In this document: piece after piece, positions 19,884 to 28,991 of the stretch | Numbering within the stretch: position 1 is the first letter of the stretch | How the letters are laid out: every line of letters starts with the position of its first letter | NCBI GenBank assembly: GCA_024643325.1 | Contig: JAHEND010000002.1 | Coordinates: 172,269-236,268, forward strand | DNA length: 64,000 nucleotides | Direction of reading: 5' to 3' | Source of the DNA: Sediminicola sp. | Lineage (GTDB): Bacteria; Bacteroidota; Bacteroidia; Flavobacteriales; Flavobacteriaceae | Notes under the pieces: generated by a model | The model's database searches: none | What the model was told of the DNA's origin: nothing | Seen by the model: the letters and a program-made list of their open reading frames with translations, nothing else | Translations under genes and position numbers: made by a program

Positions 19884-21509
19884 ATGAGCATCAAAAATAA
19901 AACCAATTTAAGTCACCACAATGAAAGTGTAAAAACTTTAGAGAATACTTTAGAAAAAGTGATGTTAGGTGGTGGTGAATCCAAACTAAAAAAAGAAGCT
20001 AAAAAGGGCAAACTTTCTGCCAGAGAGCGCATTGCTTATTTATTAGATAAATCGCCTCAGATTGAAATTGGTGCACTCACCGCTTTAGATATGTATTCAG
20101 AACACGGAGGCTGCCCTAGTGCTGGAGTAGTGGTTGTGATGGGATATATTGGTGGCAAACAATGTATTGTAGTCGCTAATGATGCCACTGTAAAAGCAGG
20201 TGCTTGGTTCCCTTCTACTGCCAAAAAAAATTTAAGAGCCCAAGAAATAGCCATGGAAAATAACATTCCAATTATTTACTTGGTAGATTCAGCAGGGGTT
20301 TATTTGCCTTTGCAGGACGAAATTTTCCCTGATAAAGAACATTTTGGTCGGATTTTCAGAAACAATGCTAAAATGAGTAGTATGGGTATTGTTCAAATAG
20401 CTGCTATTATGGGAAGTTGTGTGGCTGGAGGCGCCTACTTACCTATAATGAGTGATGAAGCTATTATAGTAGACAAAACCGCTAGTATATTTCTGGCTGG
20501 CAGCTATTTAGTCAAAGCAGCCATTGGCGAAACTATTGATAATGAAACTTTAGGGGGAGCAACAACGCATTGTGAAATTAGTGGCGTAACAGACTACAAA
20601 GCTAAAAATGACAAAGACGCTTTAGATAAAATTAAAAACCTAGTAGACAAACTCGGTGAAACAACACTGGCAGGATATAATAAAATCGCTTCTAAAAAAC
20701 CGGTTGTTTCCCATATAGAAATGCTTTCAAGCCTACCTATTTCCAGAACAGACCAATACGATATGATGGAAATAATCAAAGGACTGGTAGACAATTCTGC
20801 CTTTGAACCTTACAAAGAAGACTATGGTAAAACCATATTGACTGGCTATGCGAGAATAGACGGTTGGGCGGTTGGAATTGTAGCCAATCAGAGAACGGTC
20901 GTTAAAAATGCAAAAGGTGAAATGCAGTTAGGTGGAGTTATATACTCTGACGCAGCAGACAAAGCAACCCGCTTTATAGCCAATTGCAATCAGAAGAAAA
21001 TTCCCTTAGTATTTCTTCAAGATGTGAGTGGCTTTATGGTGGGAAGTAAAAGTGAGCATGGCGGTATTATAAAAGATGGAGCTAAAATGGTCAATGCAGT
21101 GAGTAATTCTGTGGTGCCTAAATTCACCGTAATTATTGGAAATAGCTATGGTGCTGGAAATTACGCCATGTGTGGAAAAGCTTATGATCCAAGACTTATA
21201 GTCGCTTGGCCATCTGCGAATTTAGCAGTCATGAGTGGGAATTCTGCATCTCAGGTACTTTTACAAATTGAAAAAGCCAAATTAAAAAAAGAAGGTAAGG
21301 AAATAAATCCCCAAGAAGAACAAGAGCTCTTGACTAACATTAAAGAAAAATACAACAAACAAATATCGCCTTATTACGCTGCTGCAAGACTATGGACAGA
21401 TGCTATTATTGACCCTAAAGATACTAGAAAATGGATTTCAATGGGAATAGATGCTGCTAATAACGCACCACAAAAAGAAAAATTTAACATGGGGGTCCTT
21501 CAAGTTTAA
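19884..21509 (+). CDS. Acyl-CoA carboxylase carboxyltransferase subunit (methylcrotonyl-CoA carboxylase beta-like)
   Basis: ANDATVKAG, GSCVAGGAY, GNSYGAGNYAMCG, AARLWTD. Confidence 0.9.
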   Translation: MSIKNKTNLSHHNESVKTLENTLEKVMLGGGESKLKKEAKKGKLSARERIAYLLDKSPQIEIGALTALDMYSEHGGCPSAGVVVVMGYIGGKQCIVVANDATVKAGAWFPSTAKKNLRAQEIAMENNIPIIYLVDSAGVYLPLQDEIFPDKEHFGRIFRNNAKMSSMGIVQIAAIMGSCVAGGAYLPIMSDEAIIVDKTASIFLAGSYLVKAAIGETIDNETLGGATTHCEISGVTDYKAKNDKDALDKIKNLVDKLGETTLAGYNKIASKKPVVSHIEMLSSLPISRTDQYDMMEIIKGLVDNSAFEPYKEDYGKTILTGYARIDGWAVGIVANQRTVVKNAKGEMQLGGVIYSDAADKATRFIANCNQKKIPLVFLQDVSGFMVGSKSEHGGIIKDGAKMVNAVSNSVVPKFTVIIGNSYGAGNYAMCGKAYDPRLIVAWPSANLAVMSGNSASQVLLQIEKAKLKKEGKEINPQEEQELLTNIKEKYNKQISPYYAAARLWTDAIIDPKDTRKWISMGIDAANNAPQKEKFNMGVLQV

Positions 21510-21510
21510 A

Positions 21511-21588
21511 CTCTTACAAGTCAGGTGCTTTTGTAATCTTCAAATATATGCTTCTACAAGTCAGGTAGTCTGTAAATCCTTCCAGTAG
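21511..21588. repeat. Two-copy imperfect 40-bp tandem repeat
   Basis: TACAAGTCAGGT at 21515 and 21555, each followed by TGTAA...TC(C)TTC. Confidence 0.6.
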
Positions 21589-21662
21589 TTAATTACTGCG
21601 CATGATCACTAAGAATTCATGAGGTGTAATTTCTTATTATTAGAGGCTACTTAGAAAAAATA

Positions 21663-23009
21663 TTAGTTTCCTAATTGAGGGGAAACCCTTGGAATTAAAA
21701 GAAAACTAGTTTGTCTTCCATTCACATACCTAAAACCGTTCTCTCCAACAAAACCTGCCTCTTCAAACATAATTCTGATGTCTCTTTTCCACTCTGGGAT
21801 ATAAACGGTATTGTTTAACTCAATAGCATAAACTGTATTAGGATTTAATGGGTAAGCATTTCCGTCTGCTTTATCAATACCATTCTGTGAATCCCACATT
21901 CCTATAGTTGTACCGGCCGAGTGACCGAATAAACCCAAGGGATGCGTGTAGATCGCTGGTCTTAGTCCATTGCTCTTAGCTTCGCTTAAGGCATTGGATA
22001 ATATGGTGTTCCCTACTAAACCAAGCTTCATGTTTTTAGTGAGGTAATCTTGAACTTTATTTCCAGATGCTAGCGCCGATACTAGAAAATCAGGTGCTTT
22101 TAACTCTTCTGGCTTAAGAACATATGCCAATTCCTGACAATCCGTATTGAGTCTCAAATAAGTAATTCCAAAATCACAATGCAGCAAATCTCCAGGTAAA
22201 ATAACTTCTTTTTCGGGCCTTCCTGAAAAAGAGTACAAATGAGATACTAAAACTTCTTCACTTCTTTGAATATCTACTGTGGGGTGAAACCAAGTTTTTA
22301 ACCCTAAATCGGATACCTTTTGACGCATCCACCATTCTACATCTGTTGTAGTAGTTACTCCAGGAGTGATTACTTTTTCTGAAAACGCTTCCGCTATTAT
22401 TTCATGGGTAATGGAAACCAACTGGTTGTATATTACCATTTCTTTTTCAGTTCTAGTCTCTATCCAACCTACGGCTAATTGCTCAGCAGAAACAACCTTA
22501 GCATCCATATTTTTTGGTAAATATGCCATGAACTCATCGTAATCCGTCTTGTCCAACCCATCTGCTATGTTGTGGTCTTTAGAGAAGTTTAAGCCAATTT
22601 TTTTGGGGTTGCGTTCTTTTATAAGTGCAACAATTCTGTCCCATTGATCTGGTGTTTTTTCTTTATCCCAAGCACTTATAATTTGCTTTCCTACATTATA
22701 GCGTGCAACAGCTAATTTTTCAATAGTATTATTTTTTTTATCCCTATAGAAGAGTAAAATTGTTCTTCTCCTAGCATTGAGCCAAGTGGCTGGGAGCATG
22801 GTCTTGATCACAGGATCTTCATTATATTCTCTCGAAATAACAACCCACATATCAATCTCAGCTTGATCCATTAATTTAGGTAGTAATTGATCAAAGCGTT
22901 CCTCTAAAATTTCATCAATTACTGTGGCCTGTTCCCTAACCGATAAAATGGCCTGTGCGTGATTAGAAGTAATTGTAAAAAAAACAAATATGGCTAAAAG
23001 ATATTTCAT
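21663..23009 (-). CDS. Exported M24 family metallopeptidase (Xaa-Pro aminopeptidase-like)
   Basis: Signal peptide NHA-Q; HCDFG, TDCQE, THPLG..GH, IE, EE pita-bread ligands. Confidence 0.8.
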   Translation of the reverse strand: MKYLLAIFVFFTITSNHAQAILSVREQATVIDEILEERFDQLLPKLMDQAEIDMWVVISREYNEDPVIKTMLPATWLNARRRTILLFYRDKKNNTIEKLAVARYNVGKQIISAWDKEKTPDQWDRIVALIKERNPKKIGLNFSKDHNIADGLDKTDYDEFMAYLPKNMDAKVVSAEQLAVGWIETRTEKEMVIYNQLVSITHEIIAEAFSEKVITPGVTTTTDVEWWMRQKVSDLGLKTWFHPTVDIQRSEEVLVSHLYSFSGRPEKEVILPGDLLHCDFGITYLRLNTDCQELAYVLKPEELKAPDFLVSALASGNKVQDYLTKNMKLGLVGNTILSNALSEAKSNGLRPAIYTHPLGLFGHSAGTTIGMWDSQNGIDKADGNAYPLNPNTVYAIELNNTVYIPEWKRDIRIMFEEAGFVGENGFRYVNGRQTSFLLIPRVSPQLGN

Positions 23010-23278
23010 AAGTCAAAAGTGAATGGTTATATATTATTGGTTTGGTTGATTGTTTATGGCAGATTGGTTATGACTATCATTGATTGCTTAAACTTGATTT
23101 TGTTTTTGGATGTTTGGTTCAATAAACTCATTTAGTTAACTCATTAACCATTACAAATTAAGCATTTTATCTAAAAGTATGATTGAAACACAGTCGTCAA
23201 TATTTCATTCAAAACGTTAGCTGAAAAAGAGATCTCAAATATTCAAAAATAAATATATCAAAAAAACATAGGAAAGTG

Positions 23279-24370
23279 TTAGAGGTTGTGCAAATGATAT
23301 CCTAAGGCAAGAGTATCTTTTCTACGAAGCTTTAAGCTGTTGGTATATAAAAATTGAGGAACAGTTAATATCCCTTTAGGCTTATGAAATTTCTGGTCAA
23401 AACTTATTTTTGTCAAATTTGCTAGCACATTTACTAAGTCTTCGTTTAATACTACTAACACCAATTGTTCTCCAAGTGAGTCATGTGGAATTCCGGAATA
23501 AAAAAAAGGAAAGGAAAAATATCTTCCATAGGCTTTCTCCAGAAATTCTGGGTGGATCTTCACGCCACCAGAATTAATCACAAAATCTAGGCGACCCATC
23601 CATTCAAAATGCGAAGCATCTAAAATTCGCACAACATCTTTAGTGTCAATGGGGTCAGGACCAATATAAGGTGCTATTACCCTTAAACAGCCACGCGCAT
23701 TCTCCTCAATAGTAATCTGGGGCAAAACTGAAAATATCACTTGATCTTCTGGCTTTAGCTTTGCTATGGCAATGTGACTTAAGGTCTCTGTCATTCCATA
23801 ACTCAAAAACAATTTAGTAGATTGGTCTTGAATGGCTGCGATTGCTTTTCTTTTAAGATTTTTATTTAAAGGTGCTCCGCCAATTAGAATTTTTCTACAA
23901 TAGCTGAGAAGAGATATACTCCCCTCTATTTGTGTCGGAACCATTGCCACAAAATCAAAAGTAGTCTTAAAAAAATCAAGTGGGCTGTTAGAAGGAGGGC
24001 ATACCCATAAATCCAAACCCAATGAAAGCGCACGTACAACTATCATTTTCCCTGCAATAAATTGCATAGGGAGACATAGAAGTATTCTATTTCCTGGAAT
24101 TAAATTAAAAAACTGACCAGTGAGTTGGGCATGAGCTTGCATGGCTCTTTTTTTAAAACTCAATGATTTTGGAGTTCCCGTTGAACCAGAAGTAAACACG
24201 CTAATTTCATCCCCTTCACTCAACCACTCTAATAAAAAAGTCCCTAGTTGCTCTAGATAGGTTTTTTTACTTAATAAAAGCGATGTTGCATAAATTCTCA
24301 GGTCTTTTTCATTAAATGACTTTCCTTGGATAGAAAAATTTGGATGCAAGCAAAAAAAGGATTTATTCAT
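23279..24370 (-). CDS. menE: O-succinylbenzoate--CoA ligase (short flavobacterial type)
   Basis: TSGSTGTPK, YGMTET, GRLD..INSGGVKI; men cluster context; ATG 24370 avoids overlap. Confidence 0.8.
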   Translation of the reverse strand: MNKSFFCLHPNFSIQGKSFNEKDLRIYATSLLLSKKTYLEQLGTFLLEWLSEGDEISVFTSGSTGTPKSLSFKKRAMQAHAQLTGQFFNLIPGNRILLCLPMQFIAGKMIVVRALSLGLDLWVCPPSNSPLDFFKTTFDFVAMVPTQIEGSISLLSYCRKILIGGAPLNKNLKRKAIAAIQDQSTKLFLSYGMTETLSHIAIAKLKPEDQVIFSVLPQITIEENARGCLRVIAPYIGPDPIDTKDVVRILDASHFEWMGRLDFVINSGGVKIHPEFLEKAYGRYFSFPFFYSGIPHDSLGEQLVLVVLNEDLVNVLANLTKISFDQKFHKPKGILTVPQFLYTNSLKLRRKDTLALGYHLHNL

Positions 24371-24377
24371 AGACTGA

Positions 24378-25274
24378 TTAGGGCGTTTTAACGGAACCAA
24401 ATAATTTATTAACCCAACCTTTCCATTGGTACTTCTTAGCAAAGAACAATAAGAATAATGGGTAAAAAACACCTAAAACTAGGTATATATCATTTCCAAT
24501 GGTCGGTGTAGCCACATCTATATATATAGAGTCTGTTTGAAATGCAGTCCAATTAGAAGTCATTAACAAAGCCGCTACAAGGTTATTTGCAGCATGAAAT
24601 CCAAGGGCTAGCTCTAAACCTTCATCCATTAAAGTAATTATACCTAGAAAAAATCCTGTACCCACATAATAGGCTAAAATACCATATCCTAAAGTTTCCA
24701 CCTCTGGATTACCAATATGCATGAGCCCAAAAGTAAATGATGTAAAAATGAATGGCACCGCTTTAGATTTAAAAAAAGCTCCTAAACCCTGCATCATATA
24801 AGCCCTAAAAAGATATTCTTCAAAACTAGTTTGTAGCGGGATGAGCAAAATAGCTACTGCTGCTAATTTTAAAAATGACACCAAATTAAAATTATATACA
24901 TAATCTTCAGGGCTAAAATATACCCCAATTAATGTAGTAACAGTTACGATAAATCCCCAAATGGAAAATGACGTAAACACCCTAGACCAATCAATGGAAC
25001 TCCTAGAGGTGGTAAGACTTGTTAGAGACTGCCTATGCACCCATTTCACCCATCCTAAAATCATGAGCAAGCCTACGGCAAATTGAAGTAAGTTTTCCAT
25101 TAAAAAGGGGGTAGATCCCTTTTCTGCAACAGCGGCTTGCATTAATGCTGTCACATCTATATCCATAGAAGTAATCACAGCATAACTCAGTCCCATCATG
25201 GCAAAAAATGAGACTGGAATTGGAAGGTATTTCCAAAAACCCAATTGTCCCTTAAAAGCTTGTGCTACATACAT
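24378..25274 (-). CDS. CPBP (CAAX/Abi) intramembrane metalloprotease
   Basis: EEYLFR, FGLMH, HAANN motifs; multiple TM helices. Confidence 0.9.
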   Translation of the reverse strand: MYVAQAFKGQLGFWKYLPIPVSFFAMMGLSYAVITSMDIDVTALMQAAVAEKGSTPFLMENLLQFAVGLLMILGWVKWVHRQSLTSLTTSRSSIDWSRVFTSFSIWGFIVTVTTLIGVYFSPEDYVYNFNLVSFLKLAAVAILLIPLQTSFEEYLFRAYMMQGLGAFFKSKAVPFIFTSFTFGLMHIGNPEVETLGYGILAYYVGTGFFLGIITLMDEGLELALGFHAANNLVAALLMTSNWTAFQTDSIYIDVATPTIGNDIYLVLGVFYPLFLLFFAKKYQWKGWVNKLFGSVKTP

Positions 25275-26323
25275 AAATCATCTATTATTTTAGTGTTCCA
25301 AAACGCCTTTTGGTCATAGGCTAAGGTGCCTTTTTGGACCCTCAGTGGAGCAGGGATATTGTTGGTGTATAAACTCCCAGTTCCAAGACCTTGTGGCAAT
25401 ATAGTGTTTTTTAAAAAGACCCATTGAGCAATAGCGTTTAGGCCTATATTGCTCTCCAAAGCAGAGGTAGCCCACCACCCTATTCCTCTAGAATTTGCCA
25501 ATTGAATCCATTGGTCACTTCCTTTAAACCCTCCAATAAAACTTGGTTTTAATATAATATACTGAGGCTTAACAGTGTCCAAAAGATGTTCTTTTTGGGC
25601 AATAGTCAAGCAGCCAATAAGGGATTCATCTAAGGCCACTGGAATAGGAGCGTCTGCGCATAAGGTAGCCAAATCATTGATCGATTGTACTGGAAGAGGC
25701 TGTTCTATAGAATGCACGCCTATTTCCTGAAGAGACTCCATCACTTTATAAGCTGTTTTAAGATCAAAGGCCCCATTAGCGTCTACGCGAAGCTCAATGA
25801 CTTCCTCTGGATATTGATGTCTTATAGACCTCAGTAATTCCAATTCCTGATCCACATCTATGGCCCCTATTTTCATTTTCACACAATTAAAACCATTATT
25901 TAAAATAACCCCAATCTGTTGAGACATAAAATTTTGATCGCCCATCCAAATAAGACCATTAATAGGAATAGGTGTTTTCGCTGAAATAAATGGGGAAGGA
26001 AATAGGATAAAAGGATGGTGAGACTGCAAGGATAAAAATGCTTGCTCCAAACCAAATTGAATGCTAGGGAAATGCAAAAGATCCTTCCAAAGTGATTCCA
26101 GGCCTAAATGAATATGGTTACAAGCCCAAGAGAGTTTGTTTTCATAATCTGGAACGTCGTCATAACTTAAACCTTTTAAAAGACCACACTCACCATAACC
26201 AACCCTATTGTTTGCAGTAATTTTTATAAAATAGGATGTTTTAGTTTTTAGGATCCCCCTAGACGTTCCGCTAGCTTGTTTAAAAATTAAATCGTATTTA
26301 CAATAAGTGGCCATCATTTTCAT
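25265..26323 (-). CDS. menC: o-succinylbenzoate synthase
   Basis: KMKIG, RVDANG, IEQP, ALDES, ILKP enolase-superfamily motifs; men context. Confidence 0.88.
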   Translation of the reverse strand: MKMMATYCKYDLIFKQASGTSRGILKTKTSYFIKITANNRVGYGECGLLKGLSYDDVPDYENKLSWACNHIHLGLESLWKDLLHFPSIQFGLEQAFLSLQSHHPFILFPSPFISAKTPIPINGLIWMGDQNFMSQQIGVILNNGFNCVKMKIGAIDVDQELELLRSIRHQYPEEVIELRVDANGAFDLKTAYKVMESLQEIGVHSIEQPLPVQSINDLATLCADAPIPVALDESLIGCLTIAQKEHLLDTVKPQYIILKPSFIGGFKGSDQWIQLANSRGIGWWATSALESNIGLNAIAQWVFLKNTILPQGLGTGSLYTNNIPAPLRVQKGTLAYDQKAFWNTKIIDDLCM

Positions 26324-26361
26324 AGCTTATAAAAATAACCAAAATCTACTTAAATACGCAT

Positions 26362-27115
26362 TTAACTATTCATAGTATTGATTAAAAAATCTTTAAAATC
26401 TTTTGTGATAGGAATTTTCTTTTGACCTATAATAACATCTTTGGCATTTATAGAATTAATATGCTCAATATTCACGATATAAGATTTATGCGCCTTATAA
26501 AAAAGCTTTGAAGGTAACTTAGTGAGATACTCTTTTAAGGAAGAACGAACCACAAAAATTTTATGTATAGTATAGACCTCTAAATAAACATTATCTGCTT
26601 TAATATATAAGATTTCAGAAAAGGATATTCTATGGTAAATATGCTGTTTTTTGATGAAAATACTGTCAGAAAGTATGGCTGTTGTATCAGTATCTGAATC
26701 CAAGACAGTACTCTCTTTTGAAGTTGACAGTTGCTCTCTAAAATTAAAAAGCTATTTCAATCGCTGTAAAAAGGTCTTCTCTGTCAAATGGTTTCACCAA
26801 ATACCCATTAGGAGTCACTTTCTTAGCTTCTGCCACAGTAACCCTATCTGAATTGGAAGTAATAAAAATAAATGGAATATTTTTATTTTCCCTTATGTGT
26901 CCCCCTAATTCTATGCCGGTTTCTTTACCAGATAATAAAATGTCTATCAATACTAGGTGTATCTTTTTTAGACTTAAAATTTGCACTGCTGCATTGTAAT
27001 CAGATACAGATTCTACCTTATTATACCCTAATTTAGAAAGCATCCTAATCACACTGTCTACAACAACTAAATTATCTTCTACTAATAAAATTTCAGGATC
27101 ATTATGCAATAGCAT
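26362..27115 (-). pseudogene. LytR/AlgR-family response regulator split by a 1-nt frameshift (REC 27115-26744; LytTR frame resumes at 26745)
   Basis: REC (VED, LIDI, TS, KPF) stops at GCT-TTT-TAA; the +1 frame runs NFREQLSTSKESTVLDSD... without stop into LytTR (HKSYIVN). Confidence 0.8.
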
Positions 27116-27136
27116 GCAGTGATTTATGCTTCTAAT

Positions 27137-28063
27137 TTACAACAAATTATTATAACCTATTAAAAAACAGATGGACCATAAAAAAGTAAGTAATGCTACT
27201 TTTTTAAGCTCTGGATCCAATAATGAAGGTGAAGTAGTTTTAAAAACTTTAATCGCATGAAAAAGCAATGGTATAAAAACCAATAATGGTAAAAAGTTTA
27301 AATAACTATCAAAAGAAAAATAGGTTGCTCCAAGACTGGCTAGAAAAGCCAAAATCAAAAGTAATAAATGATATATTTTACCCCATTTATACCCGAATTT
27401 AACCACTAAGGTATTCTTATTACTAAAACGGTCGTTTTCATGATCTCTCAAATTATTGAGGTTAAGCACAGAAACACTTAAAGAACCTAGGACAACAGCT
27501 GGTAATAAATCTGATGGAGAAATGTGAAAGGTGTATAAAAATTTACTTCCTAAAACGGAGACTAAACCAAAAAATAAAAAAACAAATAAGTCTCCAAAAC
27601 CATTATAACCGTAGGCGTTTCCCCCTACAGTATACCTAATTGCAGACCAGATACTGGCTATTCCCAAAATAAAAAACAGCACAAAATAAGGCCAGTTAGA
27701 CATACCGAAAGAAACCAACAACAATAATAAAACCGAAAAAAGGGCTACTACAGACAAGATCACTATGCCTCTTTTTAATTGAGAAGAAGTTAAAAGCCCT
27801 GATTGCAATACCCTTTTAGGACCAAGCCTTTGATCATTATCTGTTCCTTTTAAACCATCCCCATAGTCATTAGCAAAATTAGAAATGACCTGAAATAATA
27901 AGGTACACCACAGCGAAAGAACGCCTATATAACCATTAAACGCCCCCTCACCTATGGCTAGAGCAGCACCTGCTATTATTCCAGAAAAGGATAAGGGTAG
28001 GGTTCTTAGCCTAGCTGCTTGCAACCATATTTTAAGTGAATTTGTTTCAAACGACATGCGCAA
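27137..28063 (-). CDS. menA: 1,4-dihydroxy-2-naphthoate polyprenyltransferase
   Basis: ARLRTLPLS, NFANDYGD..KGTD, NNLRD..ND. Confidence 0.93.
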   Translation of the reverse strand: MRMSFETNSLKIWLQAARLRTLPLSFSGIIAGAALAIGEGAFNGYIGVLSLWCTLLFQVISNFANDYGDGLKGTDNDQRLGPKRVLQSGLLTSSQLKRGIVILSVVALFSVLLLLLVSFGMSNWPYFVLFFILGIASIWSAIRYTVGGNAYGYNGFGDLFVFLFFGLVSVLGSKFLYTFHISPSDLLPAVVLGSLSVSVLNLNNLRDHENDRFSNKNTLVVKFGYKWGKIYHLLLLILAFLASLGATYFSFDSYLNFLPLLVFIPLLFHAIKVFKTTSPSLLDPELKKVALLTFLWSICFLIGYNNLL

Positions 28064-28074
28064 TTTATATGGCT

Positions 28075-28911
28075 TTAAGCCTCTAGAAGGTATATTCCCT
28101 CTGAGGTTATTTTAATCGTTCTGTTTTTATAAAGAGTCCCTATGGCTTTTTTAAAAACCTTTTTACTCATTTCTAAATAAGCTTTTATTTCTTCCGGAGC
28201 AGATTTATCGTGAAGGGGTAAAAAACCCTTGAGAGCAGTGAGCAAGTCCAATACTTGTTTTGCAGCAGGTTCTAATACAGCTACACCCAGAGGTTGTAAA
28301 CTAATGTCTAATTTAAAATCTTCTCGCTGTAATTTCACATAGGCAGTCAAAGTGTCTCCCACTGAGATAGGCTTAAAGACTTCATTATGGTATACCATGC
28401 CTTTGTGTTTATTTTCTACAATAACATCCCATCCAATATCTGATTGTCTGGTAACTAATATAGAAACAGCGTCACCTTGCTCATATTTGGCCGTACTATT
28501 GTCTAGAAATTTATCTAATTTATTAGATCCTACAAGTCTAAAAGTAACTGGATCTAAATAGCAATACACTACATAAGATTGACCCGCAACCATTTTTGAC
28601 CTTTGCTCCTTAAAAGGTACCAATAGGTGTTTTTCTAAACCCCATTGTAGAAATGCACCAATAGCATTAACTTCCTCTACCCTTAAAAGCGCAAATGAAT
28701 TTCTTTCTATATAAGGAACCAGGTTTGTAGCAACTGGTCTTTCATCATAATCTAAATAGCAAAAAACAGATAATTTATCTCCAATTTCCCAATCCTGAGG
28801 AACATACTTATTGGGTAGCAAAATATCTGTGCCTTCGTTATCTCCAAGAAATAAACCTACAGAAGTATCTCTTAGAATCTCTAATTCATTGAATTTTCCG
28901 AGTACAATCAT
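28075..28911 (-). CDS. CvfB/YitL-type S1 domain RNA-binding protein
   Basis: Tandem S1-like repeats, C-terminal winged helix SKKVFKKAIGTLYK. Confidence 0.85.
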   Translation of the reverse strand: MIVLGKFNELEILRDTSVGLFLGDNEGTDILLPNKYVPQDWEIGDKLSVFCYLDYDERPVATNLVPYIERNSFALLRVEEVNAIGAFLQWGLEKHLLVPFKEQRSKMVAGQSYVVYCYLDPVTFRLVGSNKLDKFLDNSTAKYEQGDAVSILVTRQSDIGWDVIVENKHKGMVYHNEVFKPISVGDTLTAYVKLQREDFKLDISLQPLGVAVLEPAAKQVLDLLTALKGFLPLHDKSAPEEIKAYLEMSKKVFKKAIGTLYKNRTIKITSEGIYLLEA

Positions 28912-28991
28912 AATTATATAAAACGCAAAAATACAGTTAAAATAGCGGAAACCGGTTTTTAACGTAGTTTAATTTAATAGATAAACCAAGA

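Noticed and set aside
21511-21588. Possible mini-CRISPR or second SRP-like RNA (GTCAGGT)
   Set aside because: Only two imperfect units, no unique spacers, no cas genes, and no GGAA/AGCA helix-8 partner.
23030-23135. AACCA/AATCA-rich leader and 25-codon ORF (MSLLNQTSK...) upstream of the M24 peptidase
   Set aside because: Low-complexity sequence with no attenuator hairpin or biased codon run; not supportable as a leader peptide.
24378-25274. CPBP/'Abi' gene as phage defence
   Set aside because: CAAX-protease family member translationally linked to menC and menE; no defence-island context.
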